A stretch of DNA of 64,000 bases, taken from contig OZ024762.1 in NCBI GenBank assembly GCA_964016885.1, positions 16,492,001-16,556,000 of the forward strand, in the 5' to 3' direction. A program made the position numbers and the translations under genes. Origin of the DNA: Eledone cirrhosa (Eukaryota). The stretch's first letter is position 1; each line of letters starts with the position of its first letter. The notes under the pieces are model-generated. The model had not been told where the DNA came from and did not search any database. It saw only the letters and a program-made list of their open reading frames with translations. Positions 1 through 14,440 of the stretch are shown here, in pieces.

Positions 1-26
1 ATATATATATATTATATATATATAAT

Positions 27-58
<32 letters not shown>

Positions 59-73
59 ATATATATATATAAT

Positions 74-107
<34 letters not shown>

Positions 108-116
108 ATATATATA

Positions 117-160
<44 letters not shown>

Positions 161-225
161 TATATAATATATATATATATATTATATATATATATATATA
201 ATATATATATATAATATATATATAT

Positions 226-277
<52 letters not shown>

Positions 278-444
278 AATATACGTGTGTGTGTGTGGAA
301 TTGATGGATGGAAAGCAATAGAGATGGATATATACATATTTATTACAATAGACTTGTTTAAATATATATATATATATATATAGTCAACATATATATATAT
401 ATATATATAGGCAACATATATATATAATTAGTTACAACAGTGAC

Positions 445-476
<32 letters not shown>

Positions 477-483
477 GTATATA

Positions 484-542
<59 letters not shown>

Positions 543-724
543 TGTCTCATTATCAGTTGTCAGTCTGAGGAAGTGAGACAACCAAGTAATAAAAGTGTTC
601 AATGTTGATGTCTAATTAAAGGGGAGGGGGGTCGTGTTGACGGTTGGATAATCTGGGAAGACATAAACAAGGACAGACGGACGGACACACACATATATAT
701 ATATGTGTATATGTGTGTGTGTGT

Positions 725-783
<59 letters not shown>

Positions 784-788
784 TGTGC

Positions 789-819
<31 letters not shown>

Positions 820-867
820 GTGAGAGAGAGAGAAGTGTGCGTGTATATATATATATACACACACACA

Positions 868-908
<41 letters not shown>

Positions 909-927
909 TCTCATCTATATTAAAACT

Positions 928-959
<32 letters not shown>

Positions 960-968
960 CACACACAC

Positions 969-1003
<35 letters not shown>

Positions 1004-1104
1004 GTATATATATATATACTTATATATATATATACATACACACCTATCAATATGTGGTGAGAGCTACATGACGATATACATGTGTGCCTGTCTGTGTGTG
1101 TGTG

Positions 1105-1200
1105 TGAAGGCACGTAGCGAAGTGGTCATTATATACGGTCGTAAGCTGATGAGTTCGATTCCCAGAGATGTCCCATGTCCTTCAGCAAGACACAGTTTCT
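1105..1200 (+). mobile_element. Degenerate tRNA-SINE head
   Basis: tagcgaagtgg (A box), gagttcgattcc (B box), gtccttcagcaagacac. Confidence 0.5.
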
Positions 1201-1385
1201 TTACAAACCAAATAATTTAACAGTTTAAGACATTTAATAACTAACAACTGTTTCTACCTACGTTATGCTACATACAGCAAATCATTTTGCCATTAGCAAG
1301 TATAAACCGTGGGTGTCATCAGAGTTTAATTAAAATACCAACACATGTCACTCAGGATAAAAAGATTAGAACAGATAATATATAG

Positions 1386-1562
1386 GGGTGAAATTCCGTT
1401 ATAACGAATACTATTATCACGAATTGTTCAGTATAACGAAATATTTTTCAATCCCCGGCCACAAGGTCGATGTGTTAGGTCGATCTCGTTATAAAGAATG
1501 TTTCGTTACAACGAATTTTTTTTATTATCCAACGTGAATTTCGTTATAACAGAATTTTACTG
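1386..1562. mobile_element. pogo/Tigger-type MITE
   Basis: TIRs gtgaaattccgttataacgaa / ttcgttataacagaattttactg|TA with internal repeated gttataacgaa motifs. Confidence 0.7.
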
Positions 1563-1950
1563 TATGTCATTCATCAAAGTATCACGGGAAAGGTTTACAG
1601 TTAAAAATATAGTTTAAAAAAAACATCGTAGTCAGAAAAAAATATATATATATATTGTTAGTTGTGTTTCTTAGAGTGAATTAGAGTTTATAGTTTTAAA
1701 AATGGTGGCATTCGTATTACAAGTTTTCCTAAAATGAATTTGAATATTATGATTTCTAGTATAGGCACAAGAGCAGTAATTTGGGGAGAGGGGAAAGTCG
1801 ATTAAATCAACCCCAGTGCATTACTGGTACTTTATTTTATCGACCCTCGTAAGGATGAAAGGCAAAGTTAACCTCGGTGGGATTTGAATATATAATGAGA
1901 AATAGACATAGAGACAGACACACAGACAGACAAACAGTTATATAGATAGA

Positions 1951-1998
1951 TTTCTTTATTAGCCACAAGGGCGCAACAAGAAAGGGGACAATACAAAG
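1951..1998 (-). mobile_element. Ultra-short 3' tip of the same Tx1 family
   Basis: tttctttattagccacaagggcgcaacaagaaaggggacaatacaaag matches the terminal ~50 nt of the other copies. Confidence 0.8.
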
Positions 1999-2043
1999 AC
2001 ATGCCGTTATATATATAGATAGATAGATAGATAGATAGATATA

Positions 2044-5000
2044 TTTCTTTATTAGCCACAGGGGCACAAAAGAAGGGGACAAATACAAAGGGGGAAGTTT
2101 ACATACAATAAAAACGTGTAAAATGTTATCACAGATGGAATTTAAAAGTTAGTCGATTTTCCCCAATAGAGGGAGACAGTTTATATGGGTAACACAGACC
2201 CCCGAAAAAAATGTGCAACCCTCATCTCCAGGAGTACGAAGAGCTTGTACTCCTTTCCTCTCCTCCTCCTTTTCCTCAACCTACAGGCTGATATAGAGAG
2301 AAGGCCCATTCACTCGGGCCATTCTCGCCACTTTCACCCACCTTTCATAAAACTTGCTGGGGTACAGCACCTCTCTCTCCATCCTGATTCTTCTTCCAAA
2401 GTGGTATTTGAAAAAAAGAATCAGTTGTTGGCCGGAGAGAAAGGTGTCTGACCTCAGCCCTTTCAACCTTGTCCACCATACAACCTCTTTCGCCATAGCT
2501 ATCACACAAAGGAAAACCGCCTCTCCTTCGTTTTTGAAGGAAGGTGGCGGTTTGATCATGACAATGGACTCGGTGGTCAACTGGATTGGTCCCACCCGCG
2601 ACAATAGTCGTTCTACAAAGCCCCACAGGTCAGTGACGCCCGGGCAGTGTATGAATGCGTGCGCGACGGTTTCTTCGTCTCGCACGCACCTCGGACAGAT
2701 CTTTTTTGCAGGGTCCCTGCCCGGGCGCCCATGTCTGTAGAGCTTGTCTCGAACTGGTAGAGCTCCTCGGTAGCACTGCCAGGCCAGGGACTTTTGGAAG
2801 TTGTCCATCGGTCCCGGGCGGAAGGTCCTACCGAACAGACTGGCCAGTTCATCTTCCTCCACGCCTAGAGTTTCACCGAGCGCGTCGTCGCACTTGCTGC
2901 GGACCAACCCTCTATAGAATGACGAAGTGGAGTCTCCACTGATCGCTGGGTCCGCCTGCCAGAGGGCTGTGAGCGCCTGAGCACATTCGATGTGCCAGTC
3001 GCCCATTTTCCTCGGTCTCTGCTTGACCCAGGACTGCAGCTCGGTCAGCGAGACGAGTCGTGGGAAGGCTCGCCTCACGAACGGGGCCCACACCGGTTGT
3101 CCGGTGAGGAATACGTAGAGATGCCGCAGCCTGAGCGCGTGTTTGCGCATCGTCAACCACGGCATCCCCAGCCCTCCGTTAGAAGGGTGTTGGCAGCAGA
3201 TGGATCTTCTTACCAAAGGAGCCCGCCTCTTCCAAAGGAATCGGAAGAGGGCGCGCTCCATTTTGGCGAGCGTTTTGGCTGGACAAGGCACGACGGTCAA
3301 GCGGTAGTAGATGGCGGACGCTATAAAAGTGTTCGCCACCTCCGCTCGACCTTTCAAGGATAGTTTGCACTCGGCCCACTTCTGGGTGAGTGCAAACACC
3401 TTGGCCGTCACTTCGTTCCAGTTCTTCTCCACCTGGAGGTCCGGACCAAACCAGACCCCGAGCAGCTTTACCGGTCCTTCCGTCCAGCGTCCGACGACGC
3501 CATCGGAAGGCATCGGTCTGCCTCTCCACGATCCGAGTTGCAAACCGATGGACTTGTCCCGGTTCAGCTTCGCTCCTGTGAGACTTTCGTATTCCTTTAG
3601 TAAGGTGCCGACTTCCTCGATTTGCGAGGCGCTCGACACCATTACTGTCACGTCGTCGGCGTAGGCCGACGCCGCTTTCCGCAGTCCCGGTTCCAGAGGG
3701 ATGCCCTGCAATAGCTCCAGCTTCCGCAGTAGTGGCTCGAGAGTCAGTACGTACAGAAGGGAGGAGAGAGGGCATCCCTGTCGAATGGATCGCGTAATAT
3801 GGAACGGCTCCGAGAGGTAACCGTTCACCTTGACCCTTGAGCAGATGTTGCTGTTGTGCATTGCAGCAATCCAGCCCCTGAACACGGGTCCGAAGCCTGC
3901 CGCCTCGAGCACCGCATCCAGGTAACGATGGTCAACCCTATCGAAAGCCTTAGACTGATCCAAGTTGATCAGGGCCCCACCGAAGCCGGGTTTACACCCT
4001 ACCCTCTCTATGATGTATCGCATGAGGTGGAGGTTGTCGTGTATGGACCTGGTCGGGATCGCGCATGTCTGCGCTTCTCCCACCAGGTTCTCGACGACAA
4101 GCGCCAGCCTCTTTGCCAACACCTTGGCCAAAATCTGTAACTCTGTGTTTAGCAGAGTTATGGGCCGGAAGTTGCCTATGTCATCCCCCTTATTCTCGTC
4201 CTTCCTGATTAGTGTGACCACGCCCCCGGTTACAGAACTGGGAATTCTCCCGTTCTGTTGCCAGTTGCAGTAGACCGCTTCCAGGAGACCGGAGAATAAG
4301 TCCGGCATTGCTACGTAAAATTCGTAGGGTAGACCGTCGAGACCTGGAGATTTGCGTTTGCCGCATTGGCTCAGCGCGTCCCCTATCTCAGTGGCTGAAA
4401 TCGGCTTTTCGCAGAACTTCGCCTCACTGTCCGAGAGTCGCGGTAGGCCGTCGAGGTATGGACCGAAATCCATAGCCTCTCCCGGCGCGCCGCTCCCCCC
4501 GAACAGCCGAGCAAAGTGCCGCTGAAAAGCCGCACACATCTGCTTCGGCTCACGTATCACGCGTCCGTTTTGGTCCTTCAAAGACCGAATCGTGGACTTG
4601 TTGCCACTTTTTGCCTCCGTCACTCGGGCCCAGCTAACAGCTTTGGCTCCCTCGTTTCCCAGAGCACGTATTTTGCTTCTGACAACGCAGCCCTCGTGCT
4701 TTGCGTCGAAGAACTGGTCCAAGGCCGTTCTCGTTGCTAGCACGCTGGCTACGTTGCCACTTCTAATTGCCTCTTCTACTTTATCTACCAGTTCCTTCTC
4801 GGTTCTATTTCTATCTAACGCTAATTCTTTACTAAAAACTATCGAGTCTAATCTAACTGCCCTCTTGAGAGAGTACCACCATCTGTTGTTGACAATGGCT
4901 CCTGTCAAGTGCTGTTTAACTAAAGTGCTAATCCGTCTACTGTAGGCTTTGCTTGTCGGTAACGACAAGTTCAGCTTCCAGTAGCCGGGTCCTTGTCTAT

Positions 5001-5583
5001 GGGTTCTATCAAGGTTGGCCATGCAGGTCACTAGTTTGTGATCTGAATAGGCAACCATGAACATTTGTGGACAGCTTAACATGTCCCTATCCTTATTTCT
5101 AACTAGAACCCTATCTAGGTACGATCTAGATGTTCCGCTACGATTACTCCACGTCCACAGTGGCGCAGTCGGAAAATCTAGTCGATATCTATCGGCCAGG
5201 TCAAATCGGTCGATTAACTGTTTGAGGCTGTTACACCCCCCTTTATCGGGACATGCTCCCACATAGTCCCAACGTGCATCTAGGATTCCATTCCAGTCCC
5301 CCACTAAAAGCAAGGAGCGGGACGTTCCCAGAAAAGTCTCTAGACGTTTGAAGAAGTCTGGCCGCGGTGTCCCGGATGGGGCATATGCGGCCACCAGCCT
5401 GAACGCTCCACTTTCACTACCGTCAACGTCTAGGACCACCAGTCGACCCTCCGGGTCCAGATGTACCGTCTGTGTTACGAGGCCCAGGTGTTTCCGCAGC
5501 AAAACGGCAACTCCGCCCCCACCCCCCGGTTGACAGAGAGATGCGTAGATCTCAAAGTCATCGAAGATGGGGGCCAGCTGTCG
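2044..5583 (-). mobile_element. 5'-truncated Tx1-clade LINE (same family, different subfamily)
   Basis: Homologous to about 48300-51838. Truncated in the N-terminal APE region. The 3' end ...gctaataaagaaa abuts (TATC)n. Confidence 0.95.
2281..5583 (-). pseudogene. 5'-truncated but stop-free ORF2 (APE-RT-CCHC)
   Basis: Open frame of about 1100 codons, colinear with 48165-51602 but lacking roughly the first 45 aa. Confidence 0.9.
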
Positions 5584-5599
5584 TAGACAGATAGATAAA

Positions 5600-6544
5600 T
5601 TTCTTTATTAGCCACAAGGGCACAAAAGAAAGGGACGAATACAAATGGGGAGTTTACATACAGGTATATGAAAATAAAACTATTAATAAAATAACAAATA
5701 ACAATTGAAATCCCCAATAGGGGGGAGGCGTTACACAGGGGTTGTACACACCCCGAAAAAATGTACAACCCTCATCTTCAGGAGCATCAAGAGTGAGTAC
5801 TCCCTTCCTTTCTTCCTCTTTTTCCCCAACCTATAGGCTTATATAGAGAGAAGGCCCAACCACTCGGGCCATCTTTGCCACATTCACCCACCTTTTATAA
5901 AATTTGCTGGGGTACAGCACCTCTCTCTCCATGATAATTCTTCTTCCAAAATGATATTTGAAAAAACGAATCAGTTGTTCGCCGGAGAGAAAGGTGTCTG
6001 ACCTCAGCCCTTTTAACCTCGTCCACCATATAACCTCTTTCGCCATAACCATAACACATAGGAAAACCGCCTCTCCTTCGTTTTTGAAGGAGGGTGGCGG
6101 TTTGATCATGACAATGGACTCGGTGGTCAACCGGATTGGTCCCACCCGCGACAAAAGTCGTTCTACATAGCCCCACAGGTCGGTAACGGCCGGGCAGTGT
6201 ACAAATGCGTGCGCGACGGTTTCCTCGTCGCGCACGCATCTCGGACAGATCTTTTTCGAAGGGTCCCTGCTCGGGCGCCGGTGTCTGTAGAGCTTGTCTC
6301 GAACTGGAAGAGCTCCTCGGTAGCACTGCCAGGCCAGGGACATTTGGAAGTTGTCCATCGGTCCCGGGCGGAAGGTCCTACCGAACAGACTGGCCAGTTC
6401 GTCCTCCTCTACGCCTAGAGTTTCTCCGAGCGCGTCGTCGCACTTGCTGCGGACCAACCCTCTATAGAATGTCGAAGTGGAGTCTCCACTGATCGCCGGG
6501 TCCGTTTGCCAGAGGACTGTGAGCCCCTGAACACATTCGATGTG
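5600..6544 (-). mobile_element. 5'-truncated Tx1-clade LINE, 3' ~945 bp
   Basis: ORF2 C-terminus (5831-6544) plus 3' UTR. Flanked by agacagatagata and (GACA)n. Confidence 0.93.
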
Positions 6545-6610
6545 AGAGACAGACAGACAGACAGACAGACAGATAGAGAGACAGACAGGCAGACAGACAG
6601 ACAGAGGTAT

Positions 6611-6641
<31 letters not shown>

Positions 6642-7020
6642 GATATAGAGGAGACGATGTGCCAGCGGCAGGTGTCAATCGTTAAGAAAGCTGCAGAAGA
6701 GTGAAAGAAGGTCCCCAGAGGACAGCCGACCCTTCTTCCCCGCTACACAGACCCCATCCACCCTGATGATGTCTGTGAAACACACATCTATCCCCACACT
6801 TGCAGCAGGTAAAACAAACAAACAACGATTTCTTACTCAGCGGAAGTTAGGGGGGTCTTGGGGTGGGGTGGGGGTCTGGGGTGGGGTGGGTGGGGGTGGG
6901 GGTCTGGTGGGGGGAGAGGGGTTATATATTGTCGACGAACGGTGGTGGTGGTGGTGACTGTGGTGGTGGTGGTGGTGGTGGAGATTGTGTCATTCCCATT
7001 CTTATTTTAATATAAATGTG

Positions 7021-7065
<45 letters not shown>

Positions 7066-7215
7066 CAATATATACTCACATACACACCTATATATTGTAT
7101 ATATATATATATATATATACAATATATATATTCATATATATATTCATATATATATACACACGCATATATATTCATATATATATATATGTATATATAGGTG
7201 TGTATGTGAGTATAT

Positions 7216-7263
<48 letters not shown>

Positions 7264-7282
7264 ATATACTCACATACACACC

Positions 7283-7317
<35 letters not shown>

Positions 7318-7412
7318 AATATATATATTCATATATATATTCATATATATATACACACGCATATATATTCATATATATATATATGTATATATAGGTGTGT
7401 ATGTGAGTATAT

Positions 7413-7450
<38 letters not shown>

Positions 7451-7469
7451 ATATACTCACACACACACC

Positions 7470-7509
<40 letters not shown>

Positions 7510-7516
7510 ATATACT

Positions 7517-7570
<54 letters not shown>

Positions 7571-7647
7571 AAGTGAGGAAGAGAAAAAAGGTATGATGCA
7601 AACAGCTAGGGATATAAACAGCATTATCACAACTTGATATCCCTTGT

Positions 7648-7739
<92 letters not shown>

Positions 7740-8015
7740 TGTGTGTGTGTGTGAGTGTGTGTGTAAGTAGTCAATGAGTTCAAAATAGTAATAGTTTCAT
7801 ATCATCATACATGCTAGCATATATATATATATAAATATAAACATATATATAAATGTAAGTATGTATGTATACGCACATACATGTATGTATACAGACGTAC
7901 AGTAGCATGCATATATGTACGTCTGTATACATATATGTATGTACGTATACATGCATACTTACATTTAAGTAAGTGCCGTACTAAGAGTGAGAAATGAAAT
8001 TTCGTTTCATTCTAT

Positions 8016-8058
<43 letters not shown>

Positions 8059-8140
8059 GAAAAATTGAACAGGGACAGAACAGAGAGGCAGTACAATAAA
8101 TGTTTATTAAATTCACGCTCAGGAGAGTGGGGGGTAGGTG

Positions 8141-8180
8141 GGGGACGACGTTTCGGGCATAAGCCCTTCTTCAGGTGAGA
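8141..8180 (-). ncRNA. Minimal hammerhead ribozyme motif (Penelope pLTR-type)
   Basis: Minus strand CUGAAGA-a-GGGC-uuau-GCCC-GAAACGUCGUC, followed by an AATAAA-containing 3' end abutting (TA)n at about 8055. Confidence 0.72.
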
Positions 8181-8325
8181 AGTGTGTGGGAACAGAGTTC
8201 AAAGGTGTGTAGGGGAGTGGTGGAGAGACATATAGCGAAAGGAAACGGTGCGAATGAAAAATTAACAAATAAAGACAAAAAATATAATAAATATAAATAA
8301 AGCATGATCAAAATACAAGGAATGA

Positions 8326-8381
<56 letters not shown>

Positions 8382-8607
8382 ACAGGGAGAAAAAGACGAT
8401 TATTAGGAAGAAAAATATATTTTTTTCCTTTTTTATTTATTTCTCTCTTTTTTCTGGGTTAGAAAATGATTAAAACGAAATATTTTACTTTGTGTGAAGT
8501 GTTAAGGTATTAGTTGATTTATTTATTAATTAACAATGGCATTTATCTATTTATTTATATATTTAATAATTGTCTATTACCGGTTTCAGCATTTTTATGT
8601 ATATTAC

Positions 8608-8720
<113 letters not shown>

Positions 8721-8780
8721 TATATATGGGAAAAATGAAATGAAATTTCATTTCTCACTCTTAGTACGGCTGACACATAC

Positions 8781-8824
<44 letters not shown>

Positions 8825-8860
8825 GTATATATATATATATATATACGTATATATATATAC

Positions 8861-8930
<70 letters not shown>

Positions 8931-9054
8931 GTATATATATATACATATATATATATATATAGAAAGATTTGAATGGATACAGTTTAGTTGAAAGGAATTT
9001 ATTGACACGTGTTTCTATAACAGTAATATTTATATTACAACACAACGGAAAATA

Positions 9055-9164
<110 letters not shown>

Positions 9165-9186
9165 GTATATATGTATATATATGTAT

Positions 9187-9463
9187 ATATAGTATATTTG
9201 GCAATATACTGTATGCTTAATTAAAAGCATTTTGAAGACCTTTCGCGATTATTTTAAAGTACTGACTATGTCACTTCTTTTTTCAACAAACAAACGGAGA
9301 AAAAAGAAAGTTGAAAAAAGAAGTAAGTGACATGGTCACTACTTTAAAATAATAGCGTAAGGTCTTCAAAATGCTTTTAATTAAGCATACAGTATATTGC
9401 AAAATATACTATATATACATTAATGTATACATCGCTATTTCAGAGCCCCAATTCTAATTTTCA
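9187..9463. mobile_element. Fold-back element E
   Basis: About 100-bp inverted arms tagtatatttggcaatatactg.. / ..cagtatattgcaaaatatacta plus about 50-nt tail; TA flanks. Confidence 0.7.
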
Positions 9464-10383
9464 TATATATACCAAAGGTTTTACGAAGACAGACGAGCTC
9501 AACGCAGACGTCTGAAATCGCTCACGTCAGTGTTGAGCTCGTCTGTCTTCGTGAAACCTTTGGTAAATGGAATAATTGTCTTATGTTGTTTATTACATAA
9601 CTAAATAGCTCTATAGCTTACATAGAGCACTCTCCTTTCCTTTACCCTTCCTACGGAAATAATTCATATATATATATATATATATATTTATATATGAGAG
9701 TGGAATTTAGTAAAATCGAAGTTGTGGCGCTCGGTCAGCATCCACGAAAAAAAACCAATATTCGGTAGCTTTGCATGAAGCACTCAATAAGAAGATATCG
9801 ATAAATCGATAAGTTACATCTTAGAGTAATAAACATACGTTAAATGGCGTGACAAATTGGAAGAAATCTTCTGTACTCCGGCCTGGAGAGGGATGGGCTC
9901 CGCTAGGGTTAAAATACCCAAGAAACGCCGTATGTCATTATGGCGCCCCTACGTCACTATCAGGACTTACGGGACATTATCGTATATATATAAGCAGCGA
10001 TGTTTTGCTTAAACTTTAATCTGTTATTTTAATAAATATTTGTTCTAGGGTTCTTATATATTTGATATATATTTATCCTTATCGAGCCCTCTTTGGATTT
10101 TAGTCTTCACGTTTATTATATATAAATATATATATAAATATATATATAAATATATATATAAATATATATATAAATATAGTGAGAAAAAACCACAGACCCT
10201 CCATCTCAACTCACCTTTTGAAAAGCAGAAGAACTGCGAAACCGGTAAAGGAACCAAATAAATATATATATTTTTAAAAAAAATAAGACTTCAGTTGCAT
10301 TTTCGATTTCATCTCTTTTTCTTTATACTTCCACTCGTGTAGGACACCTCGGTTATTTTTCATTTTGTAAAAAAAAACCTCAC

Positions 10384-10431
<48 letters not shown>

Positions 10432-10565
10432 TCTAACGATCCTGTGATAAATAGGCGAAACTCCAGAATAACAAGACTGACTATTTAGCCTTAATAAAAT
10501 GAATGTATATATATGTATATATATATATATATATAAGAGAGAGAGAGAGAGATTATATTAAATGA

Positions 10566-10649
<84 letters not shown>

Positions 10650-10884
10650 GCGTGTGTGCGTGTGTGATAAAGTTCGCCTTATTTCCGATGTTCCGCCCAA
10701 CTGGGGAGATGAAAGGTGAAATGACAATAACGATGAAATAGTTGAGGAGACAAGAGACATAGTTACACTACCGTTTATATTTCACAGTATTGATACTAAT
10801 GGACAGAATTGTAACAGTGTGGTGTGGTGGGAGGTGGGGTGGCGGTGGGGGTAGTTAAACACCTGGGGGATTGACAAGCAACGA

Positions 10885-11410
10885 CGGTGGTGGTCAGTGA
10901 GCGGTGATTAGTTGGTTGGTGGTGGTGGTGGCGGTGGTGGTGGTGGTCGGTCATGGTTGTGGTGACGGTGGTAATGGTAATGGTGGTAGTGGTGGTGGTG
11001 GTGGTGGTAGTGGTGGTGGTGGTAGTGGTAGTGGTGGTAGTGGTAGTGGTGGTAGTGGTAGTGGTGGTGGTGGTCGGTCATGGTTGTGGTGACGGTGGTA
11101 ATGGTAATGGTGGTAGTGGTGGTGGTGGTGGTGGTAGTGGTGGTGGTGGTAGTGGTAGTGGTAGTGGTGGTAGTGGTAGTGGTGGTAGTGGTAGTGGTGG
11201 TGGTGGTCGGTCATGGTTGTGGTGACGGTGGTAATGGTAATGGTGGTAGTGGTGGTGGTGGTGGTGGTAGTGGTAGTGGTGGTAGTGGTAGTGGTGGTAG
11301 TGGTAGTGGTGGTGGTGGTGGTGGTGGTCGGTCATGGTTGTGGTGACGGTGGTAATAGTAATGGTGGTCGTGGTAGTGGTGGTGGTAATGGTGGTAGTGG
11401 TGGTGGTGGA
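10885..11410. repeat. (GGT/AGT)n array with ~125-bp higher-order unit
   Basis: ggtcggtcatggttgtggtgacggtggtaat recurs at about 10944, 11072, 11204 and 11326. Other (GGT)/(ACC) tracts at 23435-23955, 26190-26980, 35075-35415 and 42510-43050. Confidence 0.88.
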
Positions 11411-13027
11411 GGGTCAGTGGTGAGGTTTTATTTTGACGTTTTTGGCAGGTCATCAGTGTTTGACAGGACTGACTGGTCACAACAACACACGTGACTGGTC
11501 ACAACAACACACGTGCTAAGAGGTGTGGTCAACTTAAACATCAGGTTTAATTAGAATGTCTGCTTTTGGCACAAGGCCAGCAATTACCCCAGTGCATTAC
11601 TGGTACTTTATTGTATCGACCCCGTAAGGATAAAAAGCAAAGTTAACCTCGGTGGGATTTGAACTCATATCATAAAGGGCCATAACTCTATGCGTCAAAG
11701 CATGGCGTCTGACGCTCTGCCGGGTTTAATTAGACACCAGGATTACTGTTATTAACACACTTCTTTCTCTCCCTCTCTCTCTCTTTCCTTCTCCTACCTC
11801 CTTTCTTTCTCTCACCCGATTTGCCCCTCTCTCCTCTCTCCATCGCTCTCTCTCACCCCTCTCTTCATCGCTCTCTCCTTCTCTCTCACCCCTTTCCATC
11901 GCTCTTTCCCTCTCTTTCCCTATTTCCCTCTCTCCTCTCTCCATCGCTCTCTCCCTCTCCCTCCCTCTCTCTCTCTCTCACTCCATCGCTCTCCCCCTCT
12001 CTCTCCCTATTTCCCTTTCTCCTCTCTCCCTCTCTCTCTCTCTCACTCCATCGCTCTCCCGCTCTCTCACCCCATCTTTCCTCTCTCCATCACCCCCTCT
12101 CTCTCTCACCCCTCTCTCCTCTCTCCCTACCCGCCCTCCTTTTCTCCCCTTCCCCCTACCCTCTCTCGGTGAATTGTCACAGTCGTTAGAACCTCAGATA
12201 CAATACCTTGTGGTATTCGTTCGGAATCTATGCTCTGTTCTCTGAGTTCAAATCCCACCCGAGTCAACTTTACCTTTCATCCATTTCAAGGTCGATATGG
12301 TCGAACACTTCAAACTTTCACGGGCTAAAGTTTTGCAGGGATTGTTTGTGTGTTAATTGGAACAAGATAGAGGGGTGGGAGCTAACCTTTTAGAAGGTTG
12401 AAAAATAAGGGCCACGTTAGTGTGTATGTGTATGTGTATATTCGTGTGTATATGTATGTATGTGTATGTGTGTGTGTGTGTATACGTATGTATGTGTATG
12501 TGGGTATCTATGTGCATGTTTGTGTGAATTGTGTGTAGTTAGTTTGTTATGTGTGTGTATGTATGTGTATGTGTGTGTATGTGTGTATGTATGTGTATAT
12601 GTATGTGTGTATACGTATGTATGTGTATGTGGGTATCTATGTGTATGTTTGTGTGAATTGTGTGTAGTTAGTTTGTTATGTGTGTGTATGTGTGTGTATG
12701 TATGTATGTGTATGTGTATGTATGTGTGAGTTGTTAATTTGTTATGATGTCGGAACGGAAGGGAGCTAACAAATAATAATAGTAATAAAAAGGAAGAAAG
12801 TGTTGTTGGAGGTGTTAGAAAGATAAATATATATAGAGAGAGAGACGAGACGAGAAAGGACAGCCATTAATTGGATATCATTGTAGAACGTATGAAAAAC
12901 TAGGGTATAGGATTCCCTCAGAGGGTGGTTATAGGGTATAGAGTAGGTATAGATGGGTAGGGTGTAAAGTGTAGGGTAATATTGATGGGGCTAGATATGT
13001 AGATAGATAGATAGATATGTAGGTATG

Positions 13028-13473
13028 TTTCTTTATTAGCCACAGGGGCACAAAAGAAGGGGACAAATACAAAGGGCGAAGTTTACATACAATAAAAACG
13101 TGTAAAATACTATCACAAATGCAATTTAAAAGTTAATCGATTTTCCCCAATAGGGGGAGACATTACGTATGGGTAACACATACGCCCCGAAAAAATGTGC
13201 AACCCTCATCTCCAGGAGTACGAAGAGTTTGTACCCCTTTCCTCTCTTCCTCTTTTTCCTCAACCTACAAGCTGATATAGAGAGGAGGCCCATTCACTCG
13301 GGCCATCTTTGCCACTGTCACCCACCTTTCATAAAACTTGCTGGGGTACAGCACCTCTCTCTCCATCCTGATTCTTCTTCCAAAGTGGTATTTGAAAAAC
13401 AGAATCAGTTGTTGGCCGGAGAGAAAGGTGTCTGACCTCAACCATTTTAACCTCGTCCACCATACAACCTCTT
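13028..13473 (-). mobile_element. 5'-truncated Tx1-clade LINE 3' end
   Basis: Near-identical to 2044-2490. Flanked on both sides by (GATA)/(GGTA) repeats. Confidence 0.92.
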
Positions 13474-13517
13474 AGATAGTTAGATAGATAGATAGGTAGG
13501 TAGATAGGTAGGTAAGT

Positions 13518-13893
13518 ATCATCATCATCATCATCATCATCGTTTAACGTCCATCTTCCACGCTAGCATGGGTTTGGACGGGAATTGTCCCACTTGAGGC
13601 AAGATTGGTTGTCTTGCTCGTATAGGACTGTCTGGCAGGTTTTCTACGGCTGGATGCCCTTCCTAACACCAACCACGTTTACAGTGTGGATTGGGGAGGA
13701 TTTTACCGTGTTACCTACACGGCCACATTACAGCGTGGACTGTGTGGGTTTTTTTTGTCGTGATACCTACACGACCTCATTTATTTAGGACTGGATGTTG
13801 TGGTACCAACATAACTTTACATCGAAAGGGGTGGTGTAGATGGGGGTGGGGGTAGTGGGACGGGGGTGTATTTTGGTTAAGAGGTGCCTACTG
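13518..13893 (-). mobile_element. RTE 3' UTR-only copy
   Basis: Reverse complement of 45030-45516 without the internal duplication. (CAT)n tail; TSD gtaagtat at 13512-13519 and 13893-13900. Confidence 0.85.
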
Positions 13894-13897
13894 TAAG

Positions 13898-13993
<96 letters not shown>

Positions 13994-14378
13994 AGCAGAT
14001 AGATAAGTTGGTACCTAGCTAGGTAAGTAGGTAGGGAAGTGTTGTATCTAGTAATTGTTAAGGTTTGTGAGATATCTTATCCAACTATCTTATTTCCAAT
14101 GAATGATGATAACCAATTTGTTTGTCGTTCTTTTTTATTTTGTGACGGGATGGAGAGGGAGGGAGCGGAGGAAGGGATATATAAAAATAAACATAAAACA
14201 CACACTCTCTCTCCCTCTCTCTCACACACACACATATATGTATATACATGCACACAAAGATATATACACACAACACACACACACTTTCACACGCATATAT
14301 ATATATATATATATACATGCACACAAACACACACATATATATATATATGCACACAAACACACATATATATATGTACAG

Positions 14379-14440
<62 letters not shown>

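Noticed and set aside
2185-5533. Antisense and alternate-frame ORFs overlapping the LINE ORF2 copies (also 48234-51475)
   Set aside because: Shadow ORFs of GC-rich coding sequence; their recurrence simply reflects homology between copies.
6758-6790. CTGATGA-tgtctgt-GAAAC hammerhead-like motif
   Set aside because: The 7-nt spacer cannot form stem II, and there is no stem III/NUH site or stem I; likely chance.
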